Shown: positions 14,542-26,073, numbered from the stretch's first letter. The stretch is 64,000 nt of DNA from Kofleriaceae bacterium (GCA_965215005.1 CBDCCZ010000061.1:123055-187054), one strand, 5' to 3'. The notes: generated by a model from the letters alone, not told the origin. Numbers and translations are program-made.

Positions 14542-17500
14542 TCAGTCGCCTCGTTCAGCGACCGCATCTGGCGATGGCGTGGGATGAAACAGCGAGTACA
14601 CCACCGGAATCAGCACCAACGTGATGACGGTGGAGCCGAGAAGCCCGCCAATCACCGCGCGAGCAAGCGGCGCCTGCGCTTCGGCGCCCTCGCCGATGCC
14701 AAGCGCCAGCGGCAAAAGGCCTAAAATGGTGGTGGCCGTGGTCATGAGAATCGGGCGCAGTCGGCGACGGCCCGCTTCGGCAACGGCGTCGGGCGTGGAC
14801 ATGCCGCGCGTCGCGCGCAGCTGTCCAGCCTGGTCAACGAGTAGGATGGCGTTGTTGACGACGATGCCGCCCAGCATGATGCAGCCGATGAACGATTGAA
14901 TGTTGAGCGTGGTGTCGGTCAGCCAAAGCGTCACCAACACGCCGGTGATGGCCACCGGCACCGACAGCATTACCACCAGCGGGTCGCGCAGCGACTCGTA
15001 TTGGCAAGCGAGCACCATATAGACGAGAACCAGGGCGATCAGCAGGCTCGTGGTGAGCTGCCCGAAGGCATCGCGCTGCTCTTCTAAGTTGCCGGCGACG
15101 GTGAGGTCATATCCGAGCGGGCGCGCAATGGCCGCCAGGCGCTCCTCCACGGCGGAGGCGACCGAGCCGAGATCGCGCCCGGCGATGTTGGCAGTGACGG
15201 TGACCAGGCGCTGCTGGTCTTTGCGATCGATAAGCACCGGCCCGCGACTCTTGTCGACCCGGACGACGTTGCGAAGCGCCACCGGATCGCCTGTCGGCGT
15301 CTGCACCGTGAGGCCGAGAATGTCATCTAGGGGCAGCTGCTCGACCTCGCGCAGTTTGACCAGGATGCGATACGATTGGCCCTCGGGACGAAACTCGCCG
15401 GCTCGTCGCCCAGCGACCGCGATTTCGATGGCCTCTGCGATTTGGCGAACGCTGAGACCGAGTTGCGCGGCCTTGTCGCGATCGACGTGAATCAGCGACT
15501 GGGGTACGCCGGCCTTGCGAGTGACCTCGACATCCGTGAGTCCAGCAACATCGGCAATGGCGTCGGCCACGCGATGGGCGAGGGTGTCGAGGACCTCGAG
15601 ATCGAAGCCGCGCACCTCGACGGTGATGCCTTCGTCGGCGCTGCCGAGGATGCGCTCGAGGATGAACTGCCCTTGCGGCGCTCGGGTGCGCACACGCATT
15701 CCCGCGACCTTGCCTTCGAGGCGACCGCGCAGGTCGGCGGCAATTTCTTCGTTGGAGCGGTCGCGCTCGGCGGCAGGCACCAGCGACAGCTGGATCTCAC
15801 CTTCAGCGCCGCTATCCGGCCGATATCCCGAGGAACCAACATTTGCGACCGCAGCGCGCGCCTCGGGCACCGCGGGGTAAACCAGCTCCTCGAGGCGTCG
15901 CGTCTGGCGATCGACGAGCCCCAGCCGACTCCCTACCTCCATCTCGCCAGTGACGATCACCTCGCCCTCATCGCTAGGCGGCATGAATTCGGTGCCGATT
16001 AGCGGAACCAAGAGCAGGCTCAAAAGGGTGGTGCCCGCAGCAACGGATATCGTGAGCACGCGGTTTTGGAGAGCGCGGCGCAGGAGATCGCGATAGCGGC
16101 TGCTGAGTGCCGTCATCGCCGCTTCGGCGCGATCGGCAAGCCGCGCCAGGCGACCGTGACGGGGCCGAGCACCGCCGCGAGAGATGAGGCGATCGGCGAG
16201 CATCGGCACCACCGTCAGCGCCACCAACAACGCGCACACCAGCGAGAACGCCACCACGAAGGCGAGCTCGCGAAACAGTAGGCCTGCAACGCCTTGCACG
16301 AACAGCAGCGGCAGGAAAATGATGACCGTGGTGATGGTGCTGGCGAGGATGGCGCTAGCGACCTCGCGCGCACCGGTGACGGCGGCGTCACTCACCGGCT
16401 CTCCCTCTTCGTCGCGGCGACGAAAGATGTTTTCGAGAACCACGATGGAGCTGTCGACCATCATCCCCACCCCGAGCGCCAGGCCGCCGAGGGTCATGAG
16501 GTTGAGCGTAAAGCCGCCAAAGTAGATGAGGCCCAGCGTGGCGACGATCGAAACCGGGATGGCAATCGAGATGATGAGAGTGCTGCGCACGCTGCGCAGA
16601 AAGAACAGCAGCACGAGAATTGCCAACACGCCGCCGTAGAGAACTGAATTCGCCACATTGGATATCGACCGCTCGATGAGGTTGCCCTGGTTGATCACGG
16701 CAACCACCTCGAGCTGAGGGAAGTCGGCGTTGACCCGCTCGATCTCGCGCAACACGCGCTCCGATACCTCCACGGTGTTGGCGTCGGCTTGCTTGCGGAT
16801 CGCGATGCGTAGGCCGGGCTCGCCGTTGACGCGCACGATGCGGCTGAGCTTCTCGTAGGTGTCGCGCACGGCGGCGATGTCGCCCAGGGTGATGGGCGCA
16901 CCATCGCGCACGGTGACGACAGTGCTCGCGATCTCGCCGACGCTGCGGAACTCTGCCGGCGCGCGCAGCCGGACTTCGTAGCGCCCTTCTTCGAGCTCGC
17001 CGGCCGGCAAGTCGACATTGGCGTCACGAATGGCCGCCAGGACTGCGTCGAGCGGCAGGTCGAGGGCGCGCAGCTTACCGAGATCGAGCTCAACGCGGAT
17101 CTCGCGCTCGTAGCCGCCCCACAAATCCACTTGGGCGACGCCGGGGATGCGCGCGAAGCGATAGCGTATCTGCTCATCGATGAGCCCGGTGAGCTCGATG
17201 GGATCGAGCTCGCTGCCGATGCCGAGGATCACCACCGGAAAGCTTGCAATATCGAACTTGCGGATCTGCGGCCGCATCACCTCATCCGGCAGCTCCTCGA
17301 GCTCGTCTTCGAGGATCGAGCGGACGTCTTGCGCGGCGACGTCGATATCGGTGCCCCACGCAAAGGTCATGCGCACCGTGCTCTGCCCTTCCGAGGACAT
17401 CGAGGTCAGCTCCTCGACTCCCGGTACGGTCGCGACGATCTCCTCGATCTGCTGCGTCACCAGCCGCTCGATAACCTCCGGATCGGCGCCTTCATAGGAA

Positions 17501-17646
17501 GTGCGCACGGTGAGCCGCGGCATCTCGATCGCCGGCAACATGTCGATGCGCACCTGCGACAGCGACACCGCGCCGAGAGTCACCACGATGAGCGTCACCA
17601 TGGTGGTGAAAATCGGTCGACGAACGCTGAAGCGAGGCAGACTCAC
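14542..17646 (-). CDS. RND efflux permease (AcrB/AcrD/AcrF family)
   Basis: 1034 aa; [34 protein letters not shown]. Confidence 0.95.
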   Translation of the reverse strand: MSLPRFSVRRPIFTTMVTLIVVTLGAVSLSQVRIDMLPAIEMPRLTVRTSYEGADPEVIERLVTQQIEEIVATVPGVEELTSMSSEGQSTVRMTFAWGTDIDVAAQDVRSILEDELEELPDEVMRPQIRKFDIASFPVVILGIGSELDPIELTGLIDEQIRYRFARIPGVAQVDLWGGYEREIRVELDLGKLRALDLPLDAVLAAIRDANVDLPAGELEEGRYEVRLRAPAEFRSVGEIASTVVTVRDGAPITLGDIAAVRDTYEKLSRIVRVNGEPGLRIAIRKQADANTVEVSERVLREIERVNADFPQLEVVAVINQGNLIERSISNVANSVLYGGVLAILVLLFFLRSVRSTLIISIAIPVSIVATLGLIYFGGFTLNLMTLGGLALGVGMMVDSSIVVLENIFRRRDEEGEPVSDAAVTGAREVASAILASTITTVIIFLPLLFVQGVAGLLFRELAFVVAFSLVCALLVALTVVPMLADRLISRGGARPRHGRLARLADRAEAAMTALSSRYRDLLRRALQNRVLTISVAAGTTLLSLLLVPLIGTEFMPPSDEGEVIVTGEMEVGSRLGLVDRQTRRLEELVYPAVPEARAAVANVGSSGYRPDSGAEGEIQLSLVPAAERDRSNEEIAADLRGRLEGKVAGMRVRTRAPQGQFILERILGSADEGITVEVRGFDLEVLDTLAHRVADAIADVAGLTDVEVTRKAGVPQSLIHVDRDKAAQLGLSVRQIAEAIEIAVAGRRAGEFRPEGQSYRILVKLREVEQLPLDDILGLTVQTPTGDPVALRNVVRVDKSRGPVLIDRKDQQRLVTVTANIAGRDLGSVASAVEERLAAIARPLGYDLTVAGNLEEQRDAFGQLTTSLLIALVLVYMVLACQYESLRDPLVVMLSVPVAITGVLVTLWLTDTTLNIQSFIGCIMLGGIVVNNAILLVDQAGQLRATRGMSTPDAVAEAGRRRLRPILMTTATTILGLLPLALGIGEGAEAQAPLARAVIGGLLGSTVITLVLIPVVYSLFHPTPSPDAVAERGD

Positions 17647-18812
17647 GGCGCCTCCACGGCAGCAGCCGAAGCCTGCTCGGGAATGATGATTTCCGCACCG
17701 TCGGCGATGAGCTGATGGCCGAGCGTCACAACGCGCCCGTGTAGCTCGCCGAGAACCTGCACCCGATCGCCGTCACGGATCCCGATCTGCACCGGCCGCC
17801 ACGACACGTGACTTCCGTCCACGATAAACACGCCGGTCTCTCCGTCGCGGCTGGTCAACGCCGCCAGCGGCACGATGCTGGCTTGCTCGGCGGCATCTAG
17901 CACCACCTCCGCGCGAACAAACATGCCCGGCTTGAGCAATCCTTCTTCGTTGGCGATAGCGATCTCCATCCGCGCCTGCCGTGATCGCTCATTGAACACC
18001 GGCGCCAGTCGATGCACGCTCCCTGCGAAGGTGCGCTCAGGGTAGGCGTCGGCGGTAATCTTGGCGCCCTGCCCGTTCTCGAGTCGGCCATACTCGCTCT
18101 CCGTTACGTAGACCACCGCATCGATCGGCGTGAGGTCTACGATAGTGACCAGCGGATCGCCGGCAGCGACCATGTCGCCTTCGTCGACGTGGCGCTGCGC
18201 CACCGCGCGGCGCTCCTTGCCCCCGCCCCAACGAGCGACCACGCGCGTATAGCCGGAGCGAATCTTAGCCCGCGCGACCACCGCCTGCGCGCGCTCGAGC
18301 TGGGCATTGGCCACCTCCACTGCGGTTTTGCTGGCCAGATGTGCCGCCCGGCCGGCGTCGACCTCTGACTCTGAGACGACGCCGCGGGCCTGCAGACCGA
18401 CGAGCCGCTCGAGCTCGCGCTCGGCCAGTGCAAAGGCGCTCTGGGCCTCCGCAAGGCTCGCGCGGGCGACGGCCAGCTCCGCCGACGCCTCCGCCACGCC
18501 CTGAACCTCGTCATCATCATCGAGCTCGGCGACGACCTGGCCGTCTTCGACCAGATCTGCCAAATCAACCAAGAGCTCCTGCACCCGTCCGCCGACGTGA
18601 GCGGCAACCACAAACTCGGCGCGGGCTTCGAGGGTGCCGGTGAAGGTGCGCCGGAGCTCAATCGCCCCGCGCTCGACCTCGGCAACCTCTACCGGCGCGG
18701 GGCCGCCCTCCTTCCGGCGCTCGAGCTCGTCATCGCCGCCGAGACGGGAGAACACGAGCCCGCCGACGCCCCCGACGACGACCAGCCCGATCATCACAGT
18801 GTTCCAGCGCAT
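17643..18812 (-). CDS. RND periplasmic adaptor (membrane fusion protein)
   Basis: N-terminal anchor, lipoyl halves, coiled hairpin, LKPGMFVRA; 4-nt overlap with the permease start. Confidence 0.93.
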   Translation of the reverse strand: MRWNTVMIGLVVVGGVGGLVFSRLGGDDELERRKEGGPAPVEVAEVERGAIELRRTFTGTLEARAEFVVAAHVGGRVQELLVDLADLVEDGQVVAELDDDDEVQGVAEASAELAVARASLAEAQSAFALAERELERLVGLQARGVVSESEVDAGRAAHLASKTAVEVANAQLERAQAVVARAKIRSGYTRVVARWGGGKERRAVAQRHVDEGDMVAAGDPLVTIVDLTPIDAVVYVTESEYGRLENGQGAKITADAYPERTFAGSVHRLAPVFNERSRQARMEIAIANEEGLLKPGMFVRAEVVLDAAEQASIVPLAALTSRDGETGVFIVDGSHVSWRPVQIGIRDGDRVQVLGELHGRVVTLGHQLIADGAEIIIPEQASAAAVEAP

Positions 18813-18870
18813 GCGGCTCTAGATGTAGCATCAGGCGGGGCAGCGACCCGAGCTGCACCACTCGATTTGC

Positions 18871-18896
18871 CCAAGCAGCTGGCATGGAAGCGCGCC
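18871..18896. repeat. 26-bp direct repeat, copy 1 (CCAAGCAGCTGGCATGGAAGCGCGCC)
   Basis: Matches 20397-20422 at 25/26 positions. Confidence 0.85.
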
Positions 18897-18959
18897 GGCC
18901 ACCAGCGCCTCCGCAAAGCCTGCCGTGGCATGCGCCGCGTCTTTCTAGTGAGCCGTGCG

Positions 18960-20348
18960 CTATCGCTGGACCGCGCGCGCAGCCGCGTGGAGCCGCTCTT
19001 CGAGGTTGGTGTAGCCGTTGCCGTCATCATCGCCGGATGGGTCGTCGCCGACGTCGAACACCCGGCGATTCTCGGCCAGCGCAGGCAGACCGCCCACGTC
19101 GCCTTCATGGTCGATGATGCCGCCGGTGCGAGCGACAACCTGCTCGATGACGCGAGCGTCGACGGCGTCTCGATCGCGCGGCCGTGCGCCCGCGTCGGCG
19201 AGCACCGCGGCCTGCACGTCTGCCGCCGCTAGCAGCTCGTGAACCGGCACCTCGAGCACCGGCTCGTCTGCCAACGGATCAAATCCGGCTTCGTTCAGGT
19301 ACGGCGCAACACCCTGCGCCAGCGTGTCCGCGACGTACAGCCGCGTGTCCGGATGTACAGACTGATGGACCGCGACCGCGTGGCCGTTGGCGGGCGAGCT
19401 CGGGCCGGCGATGTAGACATTCCCGATCAGGTTCGCGGTAATCGGCAGCTCCGCAGAATCCGAGCTGCCTAGCCTCGCCCCGTACGGCCGCGCCCAGTCA
19501 TAGAACACGTTGTTGACCACGACCGCCGTCGTGCCGCCTTTGATGAACGGATTTCTGTCCACATTGTGCGCCGCGACCGAGCGCACCAGCGACACGCGTT
19601 CGCTGGCGTTGCCGAACAGGATGCCCTTCGAATGCTCCCCCTCCGAGTGGCCGGCGTTGCTCAAGCTCTCGCTCACCAGCGACGCACTCACGGTGATGTC
19701 GCGGGGCTCGTAGTTGAAGCTGAGCGTCTCATCGATGCCCCAGCTGAAGGAGCAGTGATCGATGACGATCGAATGTACCTCGTCGCCGGCCAGCGCCGGG
19801 CCGAGCACGTTGAGCGTGTCCGCATCCCCGCCCGCCTCCGCGCCGGCACGAAACCGCACGTGCTGGATGAGCACGTCGTGGGTGCGAAGGGTAATCGTGC
19901 GCCCGGACACGGTGATACCCGGCGACGGCGCGGTCTGCCCGGCAATCGTTACGAACGGATCACGCACGGTGATCTTCGACGAGAGCTCGATCGTTCCAGA
20001 GACGTCAAAAACGACCACACGTGGACCGCCGGCAGAGAGCGCCGCGCGGAGCGATCCGTCGCCGTCGTCGGCGAGCGTGGTCACTCGCAGCACGCGTCCG
20101 CCACGGCCTGCGATCGTGCGCGCACCGAACCCATCTGCGCCGGGAAACACGCACAGGCCGTCGCCGCACTGCGTGATGGCCCCGGGCATGCGGCCGCCTC
20201 CGTCGGGCGCCGCAGCGTCCGGCACAGCGCCTGCGTCGCGCGACGGCACGCCGCCCTCGCTGGCGCCGCCACCCGAGGTGTCGTCGCACGCCGACGCCGT
20301 CACGCTCAGGACCAGCGCGACGGCGAGCGAATGCACCAGGTTTAGCAT
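18960..20348 (-). CDS. Pectate lyase-like (PL1-type) lipoprotein
   Basis: Lipobox ASAC; FPGADGFGA..GRGG, GSLRAAL, TIAGQTAP, IDHCSFSWGIDE, RNP, DDDGNGYTNLEE. Confidence 0.88.
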   Translation of the reverse strand: MLNLVHSLAVALVLSVTASACDDTSGGGASEGGVPSRDAGAVPDAAAPDGGGRMPGAITQCGDGLCVFPGADGFGARTIAGRGGRVLRVTTLADDGDGSLRAALSAGGPRVVVFDVSGTIELSSKITVRDPFVTIAGQTAPSPGITVSGRTITLRTHDVLIQHVRFRAGAEAGGDADTLNVLGPALAGDEVHSIVIDHCSFSWGIDETLSFNYEPRDITVSASLVSESLSNAGHSEGEHSKGILFGNASERVSLVRSVAAHNVDRNPFIKGGTTAVVVNNVFYDWARPYGARLGSSDSAELPITANLIGNVYIAGPSSPANGHAVAVHQSVHPDTRLYVADTLAQGVAPYLNEAGFDPLADEPVLEVPVHELLAAADVQAAVLADAGARPRDRDAVDARVIEQVVARTGGIIDHEGDVGGLPALAENRRVFDVGDDPSGDDDGNGYTNLEERLHAAARAVQR

Positions 20349-20393
20349 GTCGTGAGCGTGGCATTCCTAGACGCCGGCGCAATGGGCGAAGAG

Positions 20394-21344
20394 TTACCAA
20401 GCGGCTGGCATGGAAGCGCGCCATGGAGTGGTCGGCAGCGGCGGCTGTCCCGGCTGAAACGGGTCGCGTAGGAGCTTGTCGACGGGCTTGCCGGGGCCGC
20501 ACGGCGTGTTGTCCTCCCTGGAAAATCGCAGCGGGGGACAGTACGGCTCGGTGCTCCAGGGGAAGAGCCTGCTCGATTCATCCCAAACCATCGGCGCCAA
20601 CGGCTCACCTGCATTCTCGCTAGGAAACAGCACCTCGCGATAGCCACCAGGCGGCGGTCGACAGTCCTCACGGGAGCATAAAAGCTGCGAATGAGACGAG
20701 CAGGCGGCCCGACTCGCGTAGCTGGCGTGCTTGCCGCCAGAGGCGTAGATGACCCAGCGCGGCTCCCCAGAGACTGGCGACGGCCGATATTCCAGCTCCG
20801 CGAGGCTGTCGCCTCCGAAGGAACGGCCGCCGTCGAACGCGGTGTATTCGTGAGCGGCGGTGTAGGCACGCACGAGTCTCGCTACCTCCCCTTCGACGGC
20901 AAAATCCAAGACGACGCGCTCGAGATCGCCGCGGTGGCGCGCCACCGTACAGCGCCCGTAGTCGCTGGTGTACGCCATCATAAAGAAGACGCGAACCCGC
21001 CCCGGCTCAGGTCCGGGTGTCACTCGCCCGGCGCCGCTGATGACGGCGCTTATGTCGCAGAACAGGGGTTCTTCGTGCGCGAAACGAACCACCGGTCGGC
21101 CTCGGTCGAGAAGCCCAGCTTCCCGCCGATCATCGAGGCCATCCTCATCGACATCGGGACATCCAGCGCAGGCCGCGGCTAGGTAGTCGGAGCGAATCAC
21201 CAACCGACCTTCTTGTAGAAATGCCTGCGCCGCATCGTGCCCTAGATCGACAGGCTCATCGCCCCGCAGCCCGGAGAGCTGCACGCAGTCGAAGACCTCG
21301 AGACTGGTACAACCAGCGAGAACCAGCACCGCCGACGCGGCCAC
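20394..21344 (-). CDS. Cys-rich hypothetical lipoprotein; motifs reminiscent of Vps62/NPP1-like proteins
   Basis: LAGC lipobox, DVDEDGLDD, HRGDLE, YASGGKHASY. Start uncertain; the N-terminus may be lost. Confidence 0.55.
   Translation of the reverse strand: MAASAVLVLAGCTSLEVFDCVQLSGLRGDEPVDLGHDAAQAFLQEGRLVIRSDYLAAACAGCPDVDEDGLDDRREAGLLDRGRPVVRFAHEEPLFCDISAVISGAGRVTPGPEPGRVRVFFMMAYTSDYGRCTVARHRGDLERVVLDFAVEGEVARLVRAYTAAHEYTAFDGGRSFGGDSLAELEYRPSPVSGEPRWVIYASGGKHASYASRAACSSHSQLLCSREDCRPPPGGYREVLFPSENAGEPLAPMVWDESSRLFPWSTEPYCPPLRFSREDNTPCGPGKPVDKLLRDPFQPGQPPLPTTPWRASMPAAW
20397..20422. repeat. 26-bp direct repeat, copy 2 (CCAAGCGGCTGGCATGGAAGCGCGCC)
   Basis: Matches 18871-18896 at 25/26 positions. 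Confidence 0.85.
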
Positions 21345-21702
21345 TGGCCGCGAAATTATCGCGAAGCCACACTTGCGCGCTGGCGCCGAGGAACTGCTCG
21401 AAGTACAGCCGCGATGGCAGCGCTCCGCGCTCGTGACCGAGCAATGCGGTCGTCGAGCGAAACAACACGGCCACGTCGGGATGCACGAAGCCGCCCACGC
21501 CAAGCACGAGCGGTGCCGCGGCCACCTCCTCGAAGCTCGAGCTGCTGACATACGACTGCGTGACCCGCACGTGCCCAACGGCGACGCCAACCTCATAGGT
21601 AAGCCCCGCTCGCTTCGGCGATTCGGCCGCAGCCATCGAAACGCTCGCCAGAAGTGCTCCCAGGACGACGAGCGCGCTTACAACCCTTCCTACGGTCGCC
21701 AT
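21256..21702 (-). pseudogene. Apparently truncated outer-membrane beta-barrel-like protein
   Basis: Signal peptide followed by alternating beta strands (GLTYEVGVAVG, LGVGGFVHPDVAV, GASAQVWL); the frame loses protein-like character near 21340 where it overlaps the next ORF. Confidence 0.45.
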
Positions 21703-22200
21703 GAAACCCCCACGAAGGGCGCGCCAAAGAAGAGCTCGCCCGGTACGGCCATGCCCACATCCACCGCGAGCCTGCCGCCGTGAAACCGGGTGCCGTAGTA
21801 CGCATGCGAGCTGGCTCGCACGGGCGAGTCGACGTCCAGGAGAGCGGACTCAGGGCCAAGCCCGTGAACGAGCTCAGCAACAAACTTCACGTTGGCGATC
21901 AGTCGACCACGGCGGCCAGGCTGTACTCGGGCACGAGCGCCCCCGCAACGCCTGCCGTGGCATGCGCCCACGATCGACACCGGCGATCGAGACAAACTGC
22001 GCCACCAGCGCCAGCCCCGTAGAGGGTTTCGTCGTCGCGTAATACGGTGGCGGCAGCCCACACGCGCAGACGGCCGTGCGGACGCCAAGGCGTTGCAACA
22101 CGCGCCCGCCCAAACGCGCGCACCAGGTCGGTACCGCGCGCGCGAGGGAAGCAACCACGAGAATGACGGTAACAACCCTGCACTCGTCCACCAAGGCAGT
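21690..22200 (-). pseudogene. Frame-broken membrane/outer-membrane protein remnant
   Basis: Protein-like segments in different frames: 'GAVCLDRRCRSWAHATAG' and 'VKFVAEL...YYGTRFHGGRLAVDVG...PFVGVSWR'. Confidence 0.4.
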
Positions 22201-22500
22201 TCGTCTCCTTGGCCGCTGGAGACAATCTGCTTCGTGCTGAGGACCTCACCGTCCCGCAACGAGCGCGGAAGTTGTCACTCAGCAAATAAGGCGCATTAGC
22301 CCGTCACGTGAGTGTCTCGGCGAGCAAGCATGCGACACCGCACTCCGCCCTACGCTCGCCCAGCCTCTGCTCTATTTCCCGTCATTCGCATCCTGTATGG
22401 CAGGGAAAGAACGTCGCTACAGCGGGCGTGCAGCGGACATTCTCAGTGCAGTTGTGGCATTTGCCATGTGGCGACCTCAAAGCAACAACGTAGCAGCTGG

Positions 22501-22516
22501 TGGCATTGGTGATGCA
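22501..22516 (+). promoter_or_regulatory. Candidate sigma-54 promoter for the GT4-debranching enzyme operon
   Basis: TGGCATTGGTGATGCA with correct GG-N10-GC spacing, 71 nt before ATG 22588; AGGAGAG RBS upstream of the ATG. Confidence 0.55.
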
Positions 22517-22587
22517 TCCACGGGATTTCCTTTCATCAGCGACAGGAGATTCTTGTCGCGATAGCAAATCGCTCAGGAGAGCCTTCC

Positions 22588-23673
22588 ATGCGCATCGCTC
22601 AAGTTGCTCCGCTGTACGAAAGCGTCCCTCCGTCCCTTTACGGCGGCACGGAACGCGTGGTCTCGCATCTCACTGAGGAGCTGGTGCAGCTCGACCACGA
22701 GGTCGTCCTATTCGCTAGCGGCGACTCGCAGACCGCCGCTGAGCTGCGGCCCATGTGCCCCCGCTCGCTCCGGCTCGAGCCCGGCGCCAAAGACACACTG
22801 GCGCACCACGTGCGGATGCTCGAGCACGTGATGCAGGAAGCTGACAGTTTCGACCTCATCCACTATCACATTGACTATCTGCACTTTCCGTTATCAAGGC
22901 GAAGCGACACCAGCCAACTCACAACGCTACACGGGCGACTCGACCTTCCCGACTTGCAGCCGCTCTACCATGAGTTTCGCGATATGCCCGTGGTGTCGAT
23001 TTCTGCCGCGCAACGCGAGCCACTGCCGTGGGCCTCATGGGTTGGCAACGTCTATCACGGGCTGCCCGTCGACTTACATCGCTTCACCCCCGAGCCCGAA
23101 GGCTATCTCGCCTTCTTGGGGCGCATCTCACCTGAGAAACGTCTCGATGTAGCCATTGAGATCGCCTGCCGCACCGACTCAACTCTTAAGATCGCCGCGA
23201 AGGTCGATGCGGTCGACCGGGAGTACTTCAACGCGACCATCCGACCGCTCCTCGACCTCCCCAACATCGAGTACCTCGGCGAGATCGGCGACAACGACAA
23301 AACTGCCTTCTTGGGCGGCGCTAAAGCGCTGCTGTTTCCGATCGACTGGCCGGAGCCGTTCGGCCTGGTCATGATCGAAGCCATGGCCTGTGGCACGCCG
23401 GTGATCGCATTTCGGCGCGGGTCGGTTCCCGAGATTCTCGATGACGGCCTCACCGGCTTCATCTGCCGAAACGTCGAGGATGCGGTGGCCGCCGTGCGGC
23501 GCGTCGAAGGCTTGAGCCGCCAGGGATGTCGTAGAGTGTTCGAAGAGCGCTTTAGCGCCCGCCGGATGGCGCTCGACTACCTGGAGCTCTATTCGCGGCT
23601 GCGCGCGGGCCAAACTCGTCTCGCGGACACGGGGGAGATTCATGCAAGTGCAAGATCTAGTTGTCATCGATGA
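22588..23673 (+). CDS. Glycosyltransferase family 4
   Basis: MRIAQVAP..VPP..YGGTERVV, LGRISPEK, WPEPFGLVMIEAMACGTPVIA. Confidence 0.93.
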   Translation: MRIAQVAPLYESVPPSLYGGTERVVSHLTEELVQLDHEVVLFASGDSQTAAELRPMCPRSLRLEPGAKDTLAHHVRMLEHVMQEADSFDLIHYHIDYLHFPLSRRSDTSQLTTLHGRLDLPDLQPLYHEFRDMPVVSISAAQREPLPWASWVGNVYHGLPVDLHRFTPEPEGYLAFLGRISPEKRLDVAIEIACRTDSTLKIAAKVDAVDREYFNATIRPLLDLPNIEYLGEIGDNDKTAFLGGAKALLFPIDWPEPFGLVMIEAMACGTPVIAFRRGSVPEILDDGLTGFICRNVEDAVAAVRRVEGLSRQGCRRVFEERFSARRMALDYLELYSRLRAGQTRLADTGEIHASARSSCHR

Positions 23674-25819
23674 TCGCTACTACATCTTGGCGCCATCGCC
23701 GCGCGTCGACGAGCACTCGCGCGTCCTCAAGCATGGAGAGACGTTCGCCGTGTTCGATCGCATGGGAGACGTGCGCTCGCTAGGTCTAGGCGAAGAAGGC
23801 CTTTACTGCCGCGGCACCCGCCACCTCAGTCAGCTCGAGCTAACCATCAACGGACGCCCCCTGCTCCTCTTGAGCTCGACGGTTCGGGAGGACAATGCGC
23901 TCTTGGCCGTTGACCTCACCAATCCCGATCTCATGAAGGCAGACGCGGTGGACGTTCCGCGCGATACCCTCCACGTGTTTCGCAGCGCCGTGGTGTGGAA
24001 TGATAGCTGCCACATGCGCCTGGAGCTGCGCAACTACAGTGAACGGACGGTGCAGCTCTCACTCGCCATTCGGTTCGCTGCCGACTTCCGCGACATCTTC
24101 GAGATTCGCGGACAGCACCGGCAGCGCCGCGGCACGGATCTGGCGCCAACCATTGGCGACAGCGAGATCGAGTTGCGCTACCGCGGCCTCGATGACCAAG
24201 AGCGATTCACCCGACTCGCCTTCGACCCCGCGCCGCAGACGCTCACGGGTGAAGCAGCGGAGGTCACTATCGAGCTGCCGCCAGCGGGACGCTCGTCGGT
24301 TTCATGCCGCATCGATTGCTGCCCGCAGCGCACCTCATCAATGGCTCGCACTGCCGACTACAGCGCGATACTCGAAGCTGTTCAGACGGAAATCAACACG
24401 GCTAAGAGCGACGACACCCAAGTGTCTACCTCGAGCGAGCAGTTCAACCACTGGCTCGCCCGTTCTCTTGCCGACGTTCACTTGATGGTGACTCGCACGG
24501 AGCACGGCCCCTACCCTTATGCCGGCATTCCTTGGTTCAGCACTCCCTTTGGCCGCGACGGCATTATCACCGCATTGGAGTTCCTCTGGATCAATCCTGC
24601 GCTGGCGCGGGGTGTCCTCGAGTACCTTGCCAGCACCCAAGCCGATACCCTCAATCCAGAAACCGACGCCGAGCCGGGGAAGATCTTGCATGAAACTCGG
24701 CAAGGCGAGATGGCGGCGTTGGGCGAGATCCCCTTTGGGAAGTACTATGGGACCGTTGACGCGACTCCGCTGTTCGTGATGCTTGCCGGCGCCTACTACC
24801 GCCGCACGGGGGATCACGAGTTTCTGGCGTCGCTGTGGCCTACTATCGAGCGCGCCCTGCAGTGGATCGACGAATACGGCGACCCCGACGGCGATGGGTT
24901 CACCGAGTACGCTCGGAAGTCGCAGACGGGGCTGGTGACACAAGGCTGGAAGGACTCCGTCGACTCAATCTTTCATGCCGACGGCCGCCTGGCCGATGGC
25001 CCGATCGCTCTGTGCGAAGTTCAAGCATACGTGTATGGAGCACGACGCGCCGGCGCTTCCTTGGCGGCGACCCTCGGCAACGATACCCGCGCCGAGCAGC
25101 TCACGCAGCAAGCGGAAGAGCTGCGGCTACGCTTCGAAGAACGGTTCTGGTCTGAGGAGCTCGGGATGTACGTCTTGGCGCTCGACGGTGAGAAACACCA
25201 GTGTAGGGTGCGGGCTTCCAACGCCGGGCACTGCCTCCTGACTGGCATCGCCAGCCCCGAACGCGCCACGCGCACGGCGGCTCTGCTGCACAGCGAGAGC
25301 TTCTACTCCGGGTGGGGCGTGCGCACGGTGGCGAACACTGAGGCTCGCTACAATCCGATGTCCTATCACAATGGCTCTATCTGGCCACATGACAACGCGC
25401 TCATCACCGCTGGATTTGCCCGATACGGCCTCAACGATCCCATGCTGCGCGTCTTCGGTGGCCTCTTCGACGCGAGTCGCGGCGTCGATTTGCAGCGCAT
25501 GCCGGAGCTCTTTTGCGGCTTTCCACGGCGAACTGGCGAAGGACCTACGTTGTATCCTGTTGCCTGTGCTCCGCAGGCGTGGGCCGCCGCGAGTGTATTC
25601 TTGCTGCTGTCCTCGTGCCTGGGACTGCGTATCGACGCACCGGCCAGGCGAGTCGAGTTATTCCGTCCCGCGCTACCGAGTTGGCTTAAGCGGGTAGAGA
25701 TTCGCCACCTGCGAGTCGGTAACGCCACCTTACATCTCGAGCTCAACCGCCACTCCAAAGATGTTGGAGTCAACCTCCTTCATCGCGATGGTCAAGTCGA
25801 GTTGGTGGTAGTCAAGTAA
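23642..25819 (+). CDS. Amylo-alpha-1,6-glucosidase / glycogen debranching-like glycoside hydrolase
   Basis: AGIPWFSTPFGRD, EPGKILHE, YYGTVDATPLF, QGWKDS, SYHNGSIWPHDN, ACAPQAWAA. Confidence 0.92.
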   Translation: MQVQDLVVIDDRYYILAPSPRVDEHSRVLKHGETFAVFDRMGDVRSLGLGEEGLYCRGTRHLSQLELTINGRPLLLLSSTVREDNALLAVDLTNPDLMKADAVDVPRDTLHVFRSAVVWNDSCHMRLELRNYSERTVQLSLAIRFAADFRDIFEIRGQHRQRRGTDLAPTIGDSEIELRYRGLDDQERFTRLAFDPAPQTLTGEAAEVTIELPPAGRSSVSCRIDCCPQRTSSMARTADYSAILEAVQTEINTAKSDDTQVSTSSEQFNHWLARSLADVHLMVTRTEHGPYPYAGIPWFSTPFGRDGIITALEFLWINPALARGVLEYLASTQADTLNPETDAEPGKILHETRQGEMAALGEIPFGKYYGTVDATPLFVMLAGAYYRRTGDHEFLASLWPTIERALQWIDEYGDPDGDGFTEYARKSQTGLVTQGWKDSVDSIFHADGRLADGPIALCEVQAYVYGARRAGASLAATLGNDTRAEQLTQQAEELRLRFEERFWSEELGMYVLALDGEKHQCRVRASNAGHCLLTGIASPERATRTAALLHSESFYSGWGVRTVANTEARYNPMSYHNGSIWPHDNALITAGFARYGLNDPMLRVFGGLFDASRGVDLQRMPELFCGFPRRTGEGPTLYPVACAPQAWAAASVFLLLSSCLGLRIDAPARRVELFRPALPSWLKRVEIRHLRVGNATLHLELNRHSKDVGVNLLHRDGQVELVVVK

Positions 25820-26073
25820 GAACCCTCATCGCCCAGCGTTGATCCGCACGCCCACACCGGCAAAGTGCGCCCCTTATTGACGGATTTATTAGTAGGTAAG
25901 AACACGTTCGTTGCATGCCAAGTTATGGTTCAACCTCTGCGCTGCTGTAGGCCACGTCGGGACCTCCGAGCTGGTCCATTTTCAAACTATCGTTCTTCGC
26001 CCGATCCCCTATCGAGCGAGGTCCTTGGCCAGCCAGCTTGACAGCCCAAGCGCTGCGTCCCGATGCTCGAGGA

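Noticed and set aside
18871..20422. 26-bp repeat as a sigma-54 promoter (contains TGGCA)
   Set aside because: GG-to-GC spacing is 9 or 11 nt rather than the required 10 on either strand.
25820..26030. AT-rich intergenic patch containing TTGACG as a promoter or sRNA
   Set aside because: No -10 box at 16-18 nt spacing and no terminator or structure to support it.
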